A stretch of 64,000 bases of DNA from a virus. The notes beneath the pieces are model-generated. The model was not told the origin of the DNA. It ran no database searches and saw only the letters and a list, made by a program, of their open reading frames with translations. Positions 8,796 through 19,995 of this stretch are shown one piece after another. The position numbers were made by a program, and so were the translations under genes. The stretch covers positions 43,382-107,381 of IMG/VR virus record IMGVR_UViG_3300030012_002034; one strand, given 5' to 3'. The stretch's first letter is position 1; each line of letters starts with the position of its first letter.

Positions 8796-10412
8796 TTAGA
8801 ATGATCCGCCAGTGATTGGGTTACGCATCACAATCTTAAGCACTTTAGTTGGGTCTTTTACCCATACTGCAGGCATTGTTTGTGACATGTATACACGGTA
8901 ACCGTTAAACTGTCCTGATCCTTGGAAGCCTTGAGTTCTTCCTTGATAATCCATAGTTCCATTTTGATAGAACCATTTTAATTGATTATCCCAAGATAAT
9001 TTCAACATAAAGATGTTGTCATTAGTATTATCCGTTACATCAAAGATAATGAAAGAATAAGATGATAATGGGAATCCATCAATAATTGGGTTCTCAATGT
9101 CATTAGTATGAACATTGTCAAACGCAGGATTAATTACAAACTTCACGTTTGCTAAGAAAGGAATTACATAAGAAGTATATGCAAATCCAAAGTTAAGGTC
9201 CATTCCTTTACCAGTAATTGCACCTATATCAGCAGCTTGAATAGTAAGACCTGAAGCTACAGCTTCTAATTTAATAGCCTCATTAACCATTCTCATACCA
9301 CCCATACCTGTTTGTACAATTAATTGACGTTGTGGATCTGGTCCAGTAAAGTCAACTTTACCATTGAAGAAATTAAAGATCTCTCCACGGAATAAATCAA
9401 GGTTGAAGTTATTCTTGTTGTATACTCTTTTGAAAGAGTTATCCAACTGTTTCCAAAGACCTACAGATAATCTTACATCATCTGGACCGTCTTGTCTAAC
9501 TCTACCACCATGACCCCACATTAGGTAAGTCTCAATGTCAGTAGCTACTTTTGTTAAGTGAGCTGCTTCCATATTTGTTAAGAAGCTTCTTGATAAATCT
9601 CCGTTATCAAATGCTTTCTTAACTGCATCTTTACCCATGATTTTAACCATATCTTCCATAGAAGAAACAGAAGGATTAAGATTCTTGTCAAAAGATCTCC
9701 AGATCTCTGTAACAGGAATAGTACCATCTGCATTCATTCCACCTTTGATCATAAGATCAGCTCTAGAAGAAATAGAATAGTGAACGTGAGCTTCAGCTCC
9801 TCCTACATAGTTGTAGAATTCACGGAAACCAGTGTTAGTAATGATATCAGAAAATCTCTCTCCATACTCACCTCTTGCAGAACCTTTTCTAAAAAGTTTA
9901 GTTCCATTAGCAAGATACTTGTTGTCTAGAAATTTAGTACTATCATTATTAACTAACTGAACAGTGTAGATGAATCCATCACCAAGAGGTTGTATATCAT
10001 CTGCTGTAATATAAAGTTCAGCACCGTTATACTTGTCATAAGTAATGATATCACCGTGACCAAATTCACGTTTGTTAATTTTAATCTTAAAGGTAGTACC
10101 ATCAATACCTTTAGACGTATTGGAAGCTTCAATATCCTCAATGATATAAGGAAGATCCTGATTAACAGGAGTCTGCCATTTATACTCACCACGGGCATTG
10201 TCAACCATGATTACATTTTTACCACCAAAACTAGAAAGTTGATAAAGAGGCATCTCTACTTTTTGAGCCATAGCCCATAGGTCCACTGGACCCATATCCA
10301 TAGGTTCTGCATCTTGCAACATGTTTCTAAGGTGATAGGAATCCAAATGTGACGAAGCCTGATAAGCTGTGTCTCTCATAAAGATCCCATTGTTTAAAAC
10401 TGGAGTTGCCAT
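8796..10412 (-). CDS. major capsid protein (crAss-like)
   Basis: 538 aa; order terminase-portal-scaffold-MCP; followed by a terminator; C-terminal AVWVKDPTK signature. Confidence 0.85.
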   Translation of the reverse strand: MATPVLNNGIFMRDTAYQASSHLDSYHLRNMLQDAEPMDMGPVDLWAMAQKVEMPLYQLSSFGGKNVIMVDNARGEYKWQTPVNQDLPYIIEDIEASNTSKGIDGTTFKIKINKREFGHGDIITYDKYNGAELYITADDIQPLGDGFIYTVQLVNNDSTKFLDNKYLANGTKLFRKGSARGEYGERFSDIITNTGFREFYNYVGGAEAHVHYSISSRADLMIKGGMNADGTIPVTEIWRSFDKNLNPSVSSMEDMVKIMGKDAVKKAFDNGDLSRSFLTNMEAAHLTKVATDIETYLMWGHGGRVRQDGPDDVRLSVGLWKQLDNSFKRVYNKNNFNLDLFRGEIFNFFNGKVDFTGPDPQRQLIVQTGMGGMRMVNEAIKLEAVASGLTIQAADIGAITGKGMDLNFGFAYTSYVIPFLANVKFVINPAFDNVHTNDIENPIIDGFPLSSYSFIIFDVTDNTNDNIFMLKLSWDNQLKWFYQNGTMDYQGRTQGFQGSGQFNGYRVYMSQTMPAVWVKDPTKVLKIVMRNPITGGSF

Positions 10413-10432
10413 TTGTTATTATTTATTTGTTA

Positions 10433-11701
10433 TTAAAATCGTTTAAAAAAATTATTTTTGTTTCTAGGAATACTCTTTTTCTTTGTAGTTCTAGAAGTTG
10501 TTTTCTTTTCCGGTGTTACTGAGGATGTTATCTTTCTTGAAGACTCAGTCTTCAACATCCTTACAGTTTTTTCATTTGCCTTATTACTTCCTTGACTTTG
10601 AATCTTACTTCTGTATCCTTGAGGATCTGCAAGTAACCAAAGTGCTTCCGCAATAAGATCATGTCTTGGTTCTACATATTGGTATTTCTCTAACAAGTGT
10701 CCCAATAAATTTGTAGGTTTACCTGACATAGAAGGGTAACTAGGTTGAACTAAACCTGTGTATAAAAGTCCTTGTGTCTTTTTATCTAGTTTTACCTCTC
10801 CTAATTTACCTACAGATAATGTATTATAAACATCATCCATATAAGCTCTTGCTGCATCTTCTTGTTGCTTTTTCATTTGCTCTTGTTGAGCTAACTGTCT
10901 AGCAACAATTTCTTCTTGCATTCTATCTAACTTAGGTTTAAACTGATTAGCTTTCTTTTCTAGCTTTTCAATATCTCTCCATGTATCTATCTCTTCTTGA
11001 ATTTCTTCAGGAGTTCCAAAGTTAGTAGCTGTTAAATACTGTCTTGCTATTTCAGCCTGGTGTTGCTCATTAGAAGGATCTAATTGAGTAACCTCTTCAA
11101 CGTGTGCAAGAGTTCTAAATAATCCCTTCATGTCAGTACCCCCATCTGCTACATATTTTGCAGCTATCTGAAGTTCTTGAGGAAGAGAGTTAAAAAATTC
11201 TTTAGGTGTATCCTGTCTAATTTTTTCTTCTCTTTGTTGAAAGTTAGCTTCAAACAATTCTCTAAAATCTTTTGCTGTATAGTCCTCTATAGGTTTATCA
11301 TCATCAAAAGGCATTAAAGAACCTTCTTCAATCATCTTATTAGCTAAGTCTGCAAGACCACTTTTATCCAGTCTACGTCTTCCTTTCCCTTCAGCATCTT
11401 CTTCCTGACTAATTAAATCATCTAGTTCAGCAATTGCTTCTTCTGTCTGTTCTGCTATTACTTCATCTGAAACAGGTTTTTCTTCTGTTTCAGTTTCTGT
11501 TTTTGCAGGCTTGTCAATGAACTCAGTGTCAAACGGCTTTTCAGTCGCTAAGACATTTGTTGGTTTTTCAGTTTCTTCTTCTTTTGGTAGCATTACATTG
11601 CTTGCATCCGGGCTTGCACCAAATATACTATCAATATCTACATCTACCTGACCTACCGTTGTAGTATCTTGTGTTTCCACATTAGTGTTTTCTTCACTCA
11701 T
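10433..11701 (-). CDS. acidic scaffold-like protein
   Basis: Very acidic, low-complexity N-terminal half; between portal and MCP; likely start MSEEN at 11701 behind a late motif. Confidence 0.65.
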   Translation of the reverse strand: MSEENTNVETQDTTTVGQVDVDIDSIFGASPDASNVMLPKEEETEKPTNVLATEKPFDTEFIDKPAKTETETEEKPVSDEVIAEQTEEAIAELDDLISQEEDAEGKGRRRLDKSGLADLANKMIEEGSLMPFDDDKPIEDYTAKDFRELFEANFQQREEKIRQDTPKEFFNSLPQELQIAAKYVADGGTDMKGLFRTLAHVEEVTQLDPSNEQHQAEIARQYLTATNFGTPEEIQEEIDTWRDIEKLEKKANQFKPKLDRMQEEIVARQLAQQEQMKKQQEDAARAYMDDVYNTLSVGKLGEVKLDKKTQGLLYTGLVQPSYPSMSGKPTNLLGHLLEKYQYVEPRHDLIAEALWLLADPQGYRSKIQSQGSNKANEKTVRMLKTESSRKITSSVTPEKKTTSRTTKKKSIPRNKNNFFKRF

Positions 11702-11730
11702 TTTTGTTGGTTTTAAATTACTGTTACTAT

Positions 11731-11741
11731 TAATATACAAA
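11731..11741 (-). promoter_or_regulatory. late-type motif TTTGTATATTA (1/5)
   Basis: Exact 11-mer 29 nt upstream of ATG 11701. Confidence 0.6.
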
Positions 11742-11801
11742 TTAACTTTAAAATAAACTTAAGAAATTTAAAAATTTTTGATAAAAATCTGCACTATATA
11801 G

Positions 11802-12074
11802 CTATTTTATTTTTTTATATAACTTTTCAAGCTCTTTTATATAAAAATTTCTTTCTTCTGATCTTACTAAAGCTATTTCTTTAATAAAGTTTTCTCTCTC
11901 TAAATGACATTGTTTTAAAAATTGTTCTCTTTCTTTATGCCATGTTTCACGTTCTCTTGTTGATCTATCAGATATCTCTTCAATTTTTCTAAGCAGCCAC
12001 CTCTCTCTTGTAATAGCATATACTACCCAAACACCAAGAACTCCGTATTGTGTAAGTATATCAAAGAATTCCAT
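11802..12074 (-). CDS. small membrane protein (N-terminal TM + coiled coil, BhlA/holin-like)
   Basis: ILTQYGVLGVWVVYAI hydrophobic segment followed by a charged helix. Confidence 0.45.
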   Translation of the reverse strand: MEFFDILTQYGVLGVWVVYAITRERWLLRKIEEISDRSTRERETWHKEREQFLKQCHLERENFIKEIALVRSEERNFYIKELEKLYKKIK

Positions 12075-14824
12075 TATTTCTCTTTATCTTTTTTAGATTT
12101 AGGTTCAGATTTATCAAATTGATTTTTATTTTCTCTAGCAATTTGTAATTGAGTTTGTGCTACATCTCTTTGAACTTGTAGTTTTTCTCTTTCAATAGCA
12201 TTTTTCTGGTTAGCTTGCATTTGCCTGTTAGATTCTTTTTGTCTAGCCATTTGAGTTTGAGTTTGATATTGTTCTGTTTTACGTATATCATCCATAGCAT
12301 CTCTATAGTCACTCATTTGATTTTGATTTATATCAGACATAGATCCATAACCCGCAGCTTTTATCTCAGCAATAAGAATATCTTTTTGTCTATCTTTCTC
12401 ATCTCTACCTTCTTCATATTCACGTTTAAGTCTTTCTTCTTCTGCTTTAGCTTGAATTTGTTGCTGTTGCATTTCTTGCTGCTGCTGTTGTTCTTGCTGC
12501 TGTTGTTGTCGTTGCTTTTCTTCAGAAGCTTTCATTACACTATTAAGATCAGCAATAGAATCTGATTGAACAATTTTACCAAGGTCATAAATACTAGCGC
12601 CAGTAGTATTGTTAGTCATTGCCATTTGCTTAAGTTGCTCAAGCACTGCTCGATGATTAGCATTAGTAGTTGAAAAGATATTTAAATCTCTCATTAACAA
12701 ATCAGTACCATTTATTTCAAAATTAACTTTTTCAGCAGCTGTTGTTATATAAGTCAATCTAGCAGATGGTTTAGTTGAATGATAGTACTGAGCTAAATCA
12801 GTTCTCATTTGATGAACTCTTGGCATTAAGTAATCACAATGCTGCATAAAATAAGTTTCTGTTTGAGCATATGATGCACTTACAGCTTGTTCTACTCCTG
12901 TTGCTGTAGTTTGTGCTATTTGCTGTCCCATTCTTTGAGGGTTAACTCCTACAACATCATAAGCTTGTTGTTTAAAGTGATTACCTAATTGAATTCTAGA
13001 CATAAGCCTATTAGTCTGAGATAGATCTAATTTTTGGAAATGCTGAAAGTTTAATGCATTTTCTGTATTTGTAATAGAAGTATCTAAAGGTAACATTTGG
13101 AAATCTTTCATAGCCACATACGCCTTAGCTAAATTACCTTTACCCCAATCTTCTCCTAATGAATGCCTAGGTAAAGTATTCTGATCTAACATTATTATAG
13201 TTCCTAACTCATCAACAAGTATATCTGCTATTTGATTATTAACCATATTATATCCTATCTGATATGGTTTCATCATATCTACTAATGAAGTAGATCTAGT
13301 ATTTCTATCTGAGAATACAGATCCTTCTACAGGAAGCTTGCATCCATACAAACTAGAATCTCCTTTAAATTGAAACTTAAGAGGACCTATATTATTTTTA
13401 TCAATACCTAAATAAATAGGATCTAGTCCTTCAGGGTTATTCATGCCCCAATAACTAGGAATGTTTGGACCAATTTTAACACCGCCCCATACTTCATTAA
13501 TCCATATCCAATCTATATGTTCTCCAAATACTAAATTATCTTTAGATTTATTTTTAAATAATCTAGTATCATATTGAGGTTTATCTGTAACTTTATATGC
13601 TTCAGTAATTATTTCATTTACTACTTCACCATTTTCTTTTATTTTAGTGAGATGTCCTACTTTTCTTTGAGACTTCCAGTATACTGTACAAACTCTAAGC
13701 AGGTCATTAGTACCATCTACATAATATTCTTCACCTTGTAATAATAATTTTTCTACAATATCATCACCATACATTGCCTGTGAAGAAGCCAATGATCTCC
13801 AAGCTAAAGATGGAGGATTGGCGTTTGCTTCATATGATTTAGTTGCATCATAGTATGTACCATCATTTTGATAACCTGTCATATTATATCCTACTGCTTT
13901 CATAGGATACACAGCTTCTAGTGCTTCTAATTGTTTTTCTGACATAAGATAACCATACTTATCAATTACATCAGCGCCTGTCATCATATCAATTTTACCT
14001 ACCCAGTTACCTTGAGATATATATCTAACATCAGGAGACTTGTGATAAAAAGTAATTAAAGGATTCCATAGTTCTACTTCATAATCATCCTCCATCATTT
14101 TCATATGCCAGAATTCTCTATCTGTGATAAGCATATCACGGAAAGCTCTTTCTTCTAATTCATCTAGTTTAAATCTTTCTACATCAACCTTATGCTGATG
14201 AGAAGCCCATTGCTCTACCATAGATCTATAATCTTTTTTAAAGAAAGATTCAATTTCTGGTAATTGCTTCAAAGCATCTGGAGCTAGTTGTTGTTGAGCT
14301 TCTTCAGATTCAGGGTCTAAACCTTGTTCTAATAGTGCAGTACCTATTTTTACTTGAGCATCTTGAAATAAAACTTCTTCAACAGCTTGTCTTTTTTGCT
14401 CAAGCATTTCATTATAAGAACCTTCATCAACTGCTCTATAAGTAAGTTTAGTTGCTCTTTTAGCAAATTCTGCTACAAGTACATTAACCACATTAGGAAT
14501 AATAGGATAAAACTTTAGTTCTAATGCTGTAACATCTTCTTTAGTAAGAATATCAATTATTTCAGCATACTCATTATCTTCCTCAACAATATAATCTGTT
14601 TTGTCTATAATACCTTTTGCAAGTTTATAATTTTTAGAAAGCCTTCTAGCATTTCTTTTAATTTGCTTTAGACCATTCCACTCTAGCCAGTCTATATTCC
14701 ATGCTGCCCACTCACCATCTTTATCTTTTGGAGATAAAAACTGTAAAGGTTGTGTTATATTTCCTATTCTATTATGTTCTGCTTTAGCTCCTTTTTTGAG
14801 CTGCATTGCGTTGAGGACCTGCAT
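12074..14824 (-). CDS. portal protein
   Basis: 916 aa directly after terminase; YPIIPNVVNVL motif; Gln-rich C-terminal coiled coil. Confidence 0.85.
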   Translation of the reverse strand: MQVLNAMQLKKGAKAEHNRIGNITQPLQFLSPKDKDGEWAAWNIDWLEWNGLKQIKRNARRLSKNYKLAKGIIDKTDYIVEEDNEYAEIIDILTKEDVTALELKFYPIIPNVVNVLVAEFAKRATKLTYRAVDEGSYNEMLEQKRQAVEEVLFQDAQVKIGTALLEQGLDPESEEAQQQLAPDALKQLPEIESFFKKDYRSMVEQWASHQHKVDVERFKLDELEERAFRDMLITDREFWHMKMMEDDYEVELWNPLITFYHKSPDVRYISQGNWVGKIDMMTGADVIDKYGYLMSEKQLEALEAVYPMKAVGYNMTGYQNDGTYYDATKSYEANANPPSLAWRSLASSQAMYGDDIVEKLLLQGEEYYVDGTNDLLRVCTVYWKSQRKVGHLTKIKENGEVVNEIITEAYKVTDKPQYDTRLFKNKSKDNLVFGEHIDWIWINEVWGGVKIGPNIPSYWGMNNPEGLDPIYLGIDKNNIGPLKFQFKGDSSLYGCKLPVEGSVFSDRNTRSTSLVDMMKPYQIGYNMVNNQIADILVDELGTIIMLDQNTLPRHSLGEDWGKGNLAKAYVAMKDFQMLPLDTSITNTENALNFQHFQKLDLSQTNRLMSRIQLGNHFKQQAYDVVGVNPQRMGQQIAQTTATGVEQAVSASYAQTETYFMQHCDYLMPRVHQMRTDLAQYYHSTKPSARLTYITTAAEKVNFEINGTDLLMRDLNIFSTTNANHRAVLEQLKQMAMTNNTTGASIYDLGKIVQSDSIADLNSVMKASEEKQRQQQQQEQQQQQEMQQQQIQAKAEEERLKREYEEGRDEKDRQKDILIAEIKAAGYGSMSDINQNQMSDYRDAMDDIRKTEQYQTQTQMARQKESNRQMQANQKNAIEREKLQVQRDVAQTQLQIARENKNQFDKSEPKSKKDKEK

Positions 14825-14828
14825 ATTT

Positions 14829-17030
14829 TTATTTTAAATTTTTAAAAGCTGACTTTTTAAAAACTTTGCCGTTAACCATTCTTCCTCTTCCCATATTGCG
14901 AAAAGGACTATATTTTAATTTAAATAAATTATCTGACTTTTGCAAGTTTTTATTGACATCATCAGTGATAGTTCTTTTATTATAACCTCTATTAGAATTT
15001 TGAATTGTCATAAAGGCGATTAGTGCTGTAAATGCTATTAAACGGTCAACATTGACTCCAGGTTGATATTCTCTCATTTCTTTTAAAAGCATTGGATCTG
15101 GTATTCTTTCTACACCATACTTAGTTCTTACTATTGTACCATCTATTTTAGTTTCTACATCTAACTCTTCCCTAAGATATTCAATTGAGTAATTAAGTAA
15201 ATGTCCTTTAAATAGATTACCTGTGTTTCTCCAACCATATTCTTGATATACATTAGTATTAGAACCCAACTCTTTTAGAAATAATATTTGATTTTTAGGT
15301 ACTAAATACTTTTGCTTTCTTTGAGATATCATATACTGAATAAATAAAGAAATGTTATTCTCTATTACTGTCCATGCATTATACCATTCTATAATCATCT
15401 CAAGTTTCTGATGTGTCTTCTTTAGATCATTAAATCTACCGCACCAGGCAGCTACAATTTTATCTGGTTCTATATAACTTTCATGTTCTCCATCATTTAA
15501 TTTAGTTACTTCCACAGGAGCTTTCATAACATAAATGGAACAAAGAGACTCTGAGGTTGTGGTCTTGCCTGCTGATACAGGGTCAATAGAGGCATAGTAA
15601 GTTCCAAACTTAGGATCTTTTACTGGTCTTTCCCATACTACTAGCGCTCCTTCTTTATTCTCTGATCTCTTAGATATAGGAAACTCTTTTATTGGTTGTT
15701 TATTAGTTTCTTTAGCTTTTATATTAAATTTTTCATCACGGCTAAGTTCCAGTAGTTCATAAGCATATTCTTTTTCTTCTATTCTTTTTAACTGTGCTGC
15801 TAAAAGATTAGGAGGAAATAAAGACTCTTTTCTGTATGCAAATGCCTCTTCTATATTTCTAGGATGTTGAGATATTCTTAACTGATATTGTTCAGGACTA
15901 AGTTCTTTTTTCCATTTTTCAAATTGATCATTTAAAGCTTCTAATGCTTCTTTAACTTGAGAATTACCATATTTATCTATAAATGGCGGCATAGACCATT
16001 GCTCAGGAATAAATAATCCTGATCTCCCTTCAGTATTTTTTTTATCTATAAGATTAGTTTCTACAGAATAAATATCATTCATTTCAGGATTAAGTATCAT
16101 ATCCTTTAATGGTTCACACTGATCTAAGTCTCCTACTGAACCTGCCGCTATAAACACACCAGTTGTAACTAGTCCTGCTCTCATAGCAGGTCTTAGATAT
16201 TCATATGTAGTATTCATCTTAGGTGCAATTCCCGCCTCCTCATGAAAGAAGAACTTAACAGGTCCCCCTACTCCAGTTGTAGGATCTTTTTCAAAAGACA
16301 TACCTTGTATTGTACCTTTTAATCCTACTTGAGTTTTTCTACCTCCTTTTCTTACTTCAATCTTTTGTTGCCACATCATAACCTTTTCAGGATTCATAGG
16401 TCTATACCAGGCTGTATGTTCATTTAAAAATCCAGCGTATTCATTAAGAAACTTCCAAGATCCTTTTTCATTTATATAATCTTTTAGAGCGGCTCCTACT
16501 TTTAGAGTGACACCTTCTTCAAACCAAAGCTGATTTATAAGTTTAGCCATATGAAAGTAAGAAGATCCAAACTGTCTTTTCTTTAGTATTGCACAATGTC
16601 TATAATATATTTCTGCTAGTATTTCATATAATGCCATATGATATTGAGCATCTCTTAATTTAGGAAATCCAAACTTTTGTGTTTCTTTATCAAATATAGG
16701 AAGGAAGTTAAGAAACATATAATAGTCTCTTGTAATGTACCAACTATTATCTCCGGATTTTACAATCAGACCTTTTCTACATTTAGCCTTCTCACCATCC
16801 CAGTATTTAATAAAATCTTTTGATTTAAACGGTGCAGTACAGTATACATTTTCTTGAGTAAACTTTACACCTTCTTTAATAAACTCTTCTGATGTTTTAT
16901 CAAAGTTATATTGACCAGGTAATTTAAATAAACTAATAAGATATTCTCCAAATTCATCTCTGGAACTAAAAGAAGTTAAAGTAATTTCTCCATCTTCCCA
17001 TGTAGGTATATCTTCATATATTTTATTCAT
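14829..17030 (-). CDS. terL: terminase large subunit
   Basis: Walker A-like LKKRQFGSS, Walker B FFHEEAG, RNase H-like nuclease SIDPV...IENN...NVDRL. Confidence 0.9.
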   Translation of the reverse strand: MNKIYEDIPTWEDGEITLTSFSSRDEFGEYLISLFKLPGQYNFDKTSEEFIKEGVKFTQENVYCTAPFKSKDFIKYWDGEKAKCRKGLIVKSGDNSWYITRDYYMFLNFLPIFDKETQKFGFPKLRDAQYHMALYEILAEIYYRHCAILKKRQFGSSYFHMAKLINQLWFEEGVTLKVGAALKDYINEKGSWKFLNEYAGFLNEHTAWYRPMNPEKVMMWQQKIEVRKGGRKTQVGLKGTIQGMSFEKDPTTGVGGPVKFFFHEEAGIAPKMNTTYEYLRPAMRAGLVTTGVFIAAGSVGDLDQCEPLKDMILNPEMNDIYSVETNLIDKKNTEGRSGLFIPEQWSMPPFIDKYGNSQVKEALEALNDQFEKWKKELSPEQYQLRISQHPRNIEEAFAYRKESLFPPNLLAAQLKRIEEKEYAYELLELSRDEKFNIKAKETNKQPIKEFPISKRSENKEGALVVWERPVKDPKFGTYYASIDPVSAGKTTTSESLCSIYVMKAPVEVTKLNDGEHESYIEPDKIVAAWCGRFNDLKKTHQKLEMIIEWYNAWTVIENNISLFIQYMISQRKQKYLVPKNQILFLKELGSNTNVYQEYGWRNTGNLFKGHLLNYSIEYLREELDVETKIDGTIVRTKYGVERIPDPMLLKEMREYQPGVNVDRLIAFTALIAFMTIQNSNRGYNKRTITDDVNKNLQKSDNLFKLKYSPFRNMGRGRMVNGKVFKKSAFKNLK

Positions 17031-17358
17031 AATGTTGTTGGTCCCAAAATTTCTTTAGTAACCTAGAACCACATTCTGTATTTTCTATTTCTCCAAGCAA
17101 TGATCCAAATATTTTATTTTCTTTAAGAAGCCTTCTATTTTCTTTTTCTGTTAAATATAGTTCATATTGTATATCTCCAGCATCTTTTCTAATTATTTCA
17201 ATCTCTTCTTCTAAAAGCTTATAATCTTTTAAAGATACTGTATTACTTTTTGTTTTTACAGGTTCTTTATTTATTATAGAAATTATAAAGAATAAAATAA
17301 TAGATACTATAATTCCAATAAGAAGTAATACTATTCTTAACTTTATTTGGTTATTCAT
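17023..17358 (-). CDS. membrane-anchored coiled-coil hypothetical protein
   Basis: N-terminal TM helix. Confidence 0.55.
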   Translation of the reverse strand: MNNQIKLRIVLLLIGIIVSIILFFIISIINKEPVKTKSNTVSLKDYKLLEEEIEIIRKDAGDIQYELYLTEKENRRLLKENKIFGSLLGEIENTECGSRLLKKFWDQQHYE

Positions 17359-17995
17359 CTATATCAGTGTTATCATAGAACATTCTATCTGAATCTTCAG
17401 TATGCCATTTTTCAAAGCCTTCTGCATTATAAAATTCCTTACATACTAAATAGTCAGGTCTTGCTGGAAAAGGTTTAGTTACAAAACTTGGTTCTGTCCA
17501 TCTAATTCTATTATTAGGCTGTAAAGCAATTTGTCCATTATCTAATAAAATTATATGATGGCTTTTGTGTTCCATAGGATCTTCTGATAATGTCATGTCA
17601 GCATTTAAATTATTACTGCCCCAATTTATAGTAGAGTGATAAACACCATCATACCACTTTTTATCTTTCATGTATACAGATACAGGAGTATCATATAAAT
17701 ATGATAATTGTACTACAGTAAAGTTATATGAAAAGCAATTCCATATTTGTAAGTAATCAAATGGTAAATCAGGAGTTGGAGTTTTAGGTTCTGTTAATAG
17801 CGCATGTGAAGGAAGCTTATCTCTCAGTACACCATTATCAAGTAATACCTGAAACAATGCAACTTGTCCAGGCATACATCTAACGGATATAATTACGCCT
17901 TCGCTAAATTCACCATGACCTTTCTTGTCTTGATATAAGTATTCATTTCTTAAGAATACTTTCATTGGAAAAAAATTGTGTTCTATGTGTGCCAT
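17351..17995 (-). CDS. conserved phage hypothetical protein
   Basis: 214 aa ORF, coupled to neighbours. Confidence 0.65.
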   Translation of the reverse strand: MAHIEHNFFPMKVFLRNEYLYQDKKGHGEFSEGVIISVRCMPGQVALFQVLLDNGVLRDKLPSHALLTEPKTPTPDLPFDYLQIWNCFSYNFTVVQLSYLYDTPVSVYMKDKKWYDGVYHSTINWGSNNLNADMTLSEDPMEHKSHHIILLDNGQIALQPNNRIRWTEPSFVTKPFPARPDYLVCKEFYNAEGFEKWHTEDSDRMFYDNTDIDE

Positions 17996-18007
17996 ATTTA
18001 TTATTAA

Positions 18008-18523
18008 TTAAGAGTCATACGCTAGTCCTTGACCACCACGTACTTGACTTTGTTGTTCTTCTTGTAAATCTTTATATGCTCCTTTAAAAGAGGATCTTAT
18101 TTGCTCAAACTTTGCAGCTGCATTAACTAATGAATTTATATTACCATCTCTACCATGTTCAATAGGGACAGTCTCCATATATCTTGCTAGTTTATCAAGC
18201 ATTGTTTTAATACCTTTATATGCTCTAGAAGTAGGAGTGCTATACATTTCTTCACAAAATGCTAATGCATGTCTTACAGCACCATCTTCTGTAGAAAATT
18301 CTGCTTCTATTTCTTGAAGTATTAATTCTTCTTTATCTCTTTCTGGAGTATGAAAAAATGGATTTTCTTCTGGGTTAGGATAAGTCATATAAAATATATA
18401 CTGATATATCTTTAGATAATCATCCGGATAATTATCCATTATTTTCTTTAATGTCTTTAGTGTATAACAATGTTCTGTAGGTACTACAGTATTATTCTCT
18501 ACATCAAATAATCTTACAATCAT
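18008..18523 (-). CDS. hypothetical protein (terminase small subunit candidate)
   Basis: Helical 171 aa protein upstream of terL with C-terminal VRGG; assignment is positional only. Confidence 0.35.
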   Translation of the reverse strand: MIVRLFDVENNTVVPTEHCYTLKTLKKIMDNYPDDYLKIYQYIFYMTYPNPEENPFFHTPERDKEELILQEIEAEFSTEDGAVRHALAFCEEMYSTPTSRAYKGIKTMLDKLARYMETVPIEHGRDGNINSLVNAAAKFEQIRSSFKGAYKDLQEEQQSQVRGGQGLAYDS

Positions 18524-19353
18524 TTTTTAAATTTTGATCTATTATCATATAACCAATGAATTATACTTATTACTTCATCTTTTAAATAATCAACAGGCAT
18601 TTGTATTATCTCTTTTATAACAGGGTCTCCTTCCGGAGTATATTTAGTTATAGGATAACCATATTCATCTTTACCTTCTTCTTCAAATTTAACATGATGT
18701 ATGTATATCTTTCCTGGTTTAAGTTTAGGGTTATGCTTTATTATAATATACATATAAATACTGAGCTGTAAAGTATAATGACTAAAATTACAATCATCTA
18801 AATGAGATAAGGGTAAAGTCATTCTTTCTGATTTACCTTCCCAATTTTTAAAAGATTTTGTTTTAATTTCTTTATTTGTTTTATAATCTATTATGTTCAC
18901 TTTTCCATCAACTACTTCCACTAAATCTGCTTGACCACAAACACCTGCAGATTTTAAATATACCATATGTTCAGGATATATACCCGGATCTAATTTTTGA
19001 ATTGGTGCAATTTTAATTCCATCTTCTTCTCCTTTAGGAGCAAATACAGGAATAGTAAAGCCATCTCTTTCTATAGAACTAAGACTACAAATATCTTTCT
19101 CTCTTTGATCATGATAAAAAGTTCCTAAAGTCATTGCACGTATAGATTCATTATTCCATATTTCTTGAATCTTTTTAGGTTTAATACCATACCATTTTGA
19201 ATTCTTTTTTTTAGATACTTTAATAGCTATCTTTTCTGCATTAAATGGATTTTTAAATTTGGATATAAGAGTAGTTACACTAATCCAATTAATATTTTCA
19301 TCAGAGCTTATGCTTTTATAACTATGATCTTCTGCATTAAATATTATACTCAT
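18520..19353 (-). CDS. PD-(D/E)XK nuclease
   Basis: SVTT...GT..H...GQADLV...IIDYKTN...Y.LQLS.Y. Confidence 0.8.
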   Translation of the reverse strand: MSIIFNAEDHSYKSISSDENINWISVTTLISKFKNPFNAEKIAIKVSKKKNSKWYGIKPKKIQEIWNNESIRAMTLGTFYHDQREKDICSLSSIERDGFTIPVFAPKGEEDGIKIAPIQKLDPGIYPEHMVYLKSAGVCGQADLVEVVDGKVNIIDYKTNKEIKTKSFKNWEGKSERMTLPLSHLDDCNFSHYTLQLSIYMYIIIKHNPKLKPGKIYIHHVKFEEEGKDEYGYPITKYTPEGDPVIKEIIQMPVDYLKDEVISIIHWLYDNRSKFKK

Positions 19354-19640
19354 AGCTCATTCAATTTATCTTCTTGCTCTTGTGTCATAACTGCTTTCCA
19401 TTTATCTAAAGGACAATCACTAGATAAAGATCTTAATTTAAACCCTAATGAACAACCACATTCTCCACAACAAGGTTGCGTTCCAGGAACAGCGCATTTA
19501 TCTCCATTAGATTCACAAAGTTTACAAATAGCCCATCTTTCTTTTGCAATAGCTTCTACAAACTCATCTCTGAGTACTGCATTTTTTATACCCTCTAAAA
19601 TCTTTTTTCTATTTTTCCAAATTTCCTTTAGATTGAACAT
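19350..19640 (-). CDS. small Cys-rich metal-binding protein
   Basis: R..ICKLC...CCGECGC...CPLDKW. Confidence 0.65.
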   Translation of the reverse strand: MFNLKEIWKNRKKILEGIKNAVLRDEFVEAIAKERWAICKLCESNGDKCAVPGTQPCCGECGCSLGFKLRSLSSDCPLDKWKAVMTQEQEDKLNEL

Positions 19641-19995
19641 CTTTTTTATTTTTAAATTCTTTCTTTTTATTTACTTCTTCATAATGTTTTTCTCTAACAC
19701 TAAGAAGCTTTTCTAACAATGATTCTTTATATTTAAAATATTGAAAACTGTTAAAGGTATAAACATCCTTATTTTTTATAATTTTTTTGCATCTATTAAT
19801 TTCTTTATTAACAGCTTTAATCTTTATATTAAAAACACCTAATCCAGGAGTATTTATTGAAATATGATTAAGCTCTGTTAAAGTTGATCTTAAATCTCTG
19901 TAATAAAAATCAATACAGGCAGAAATAAAATTTTTATTAGCATCTAAATCTTCAGCTATCTCTTTATAAATCTCTTTATATTTTTTAGGTTTCAT
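19609..19995 (-). CDS. IHF/HU-like DNA-binding protein
   Basis: Two helices then INTPGLGVFNIK, similar to the HU/IHF GFGxF region; such genes are common in crAss-like late blocks. Confidence 0.5.
   Translation of the reverse strand: MKPKKYKEIYKEIAEDLDANKNFISACIDFYYRDLRSTLTELNHISINTPGLGVFNIKIKAVNKEINRCKKIIKNKDVYTFNSFQYFKYKESLLEKLLSVREKHYEEVNKKKEFKNKKDVQSKGNLEK

Noticed and set aside
12459-12516. CAA/CAG repeat as a contingency locus
   Set aside because: Mixed codons encoding the Gln-rich coiled coil usual for portal C-termini
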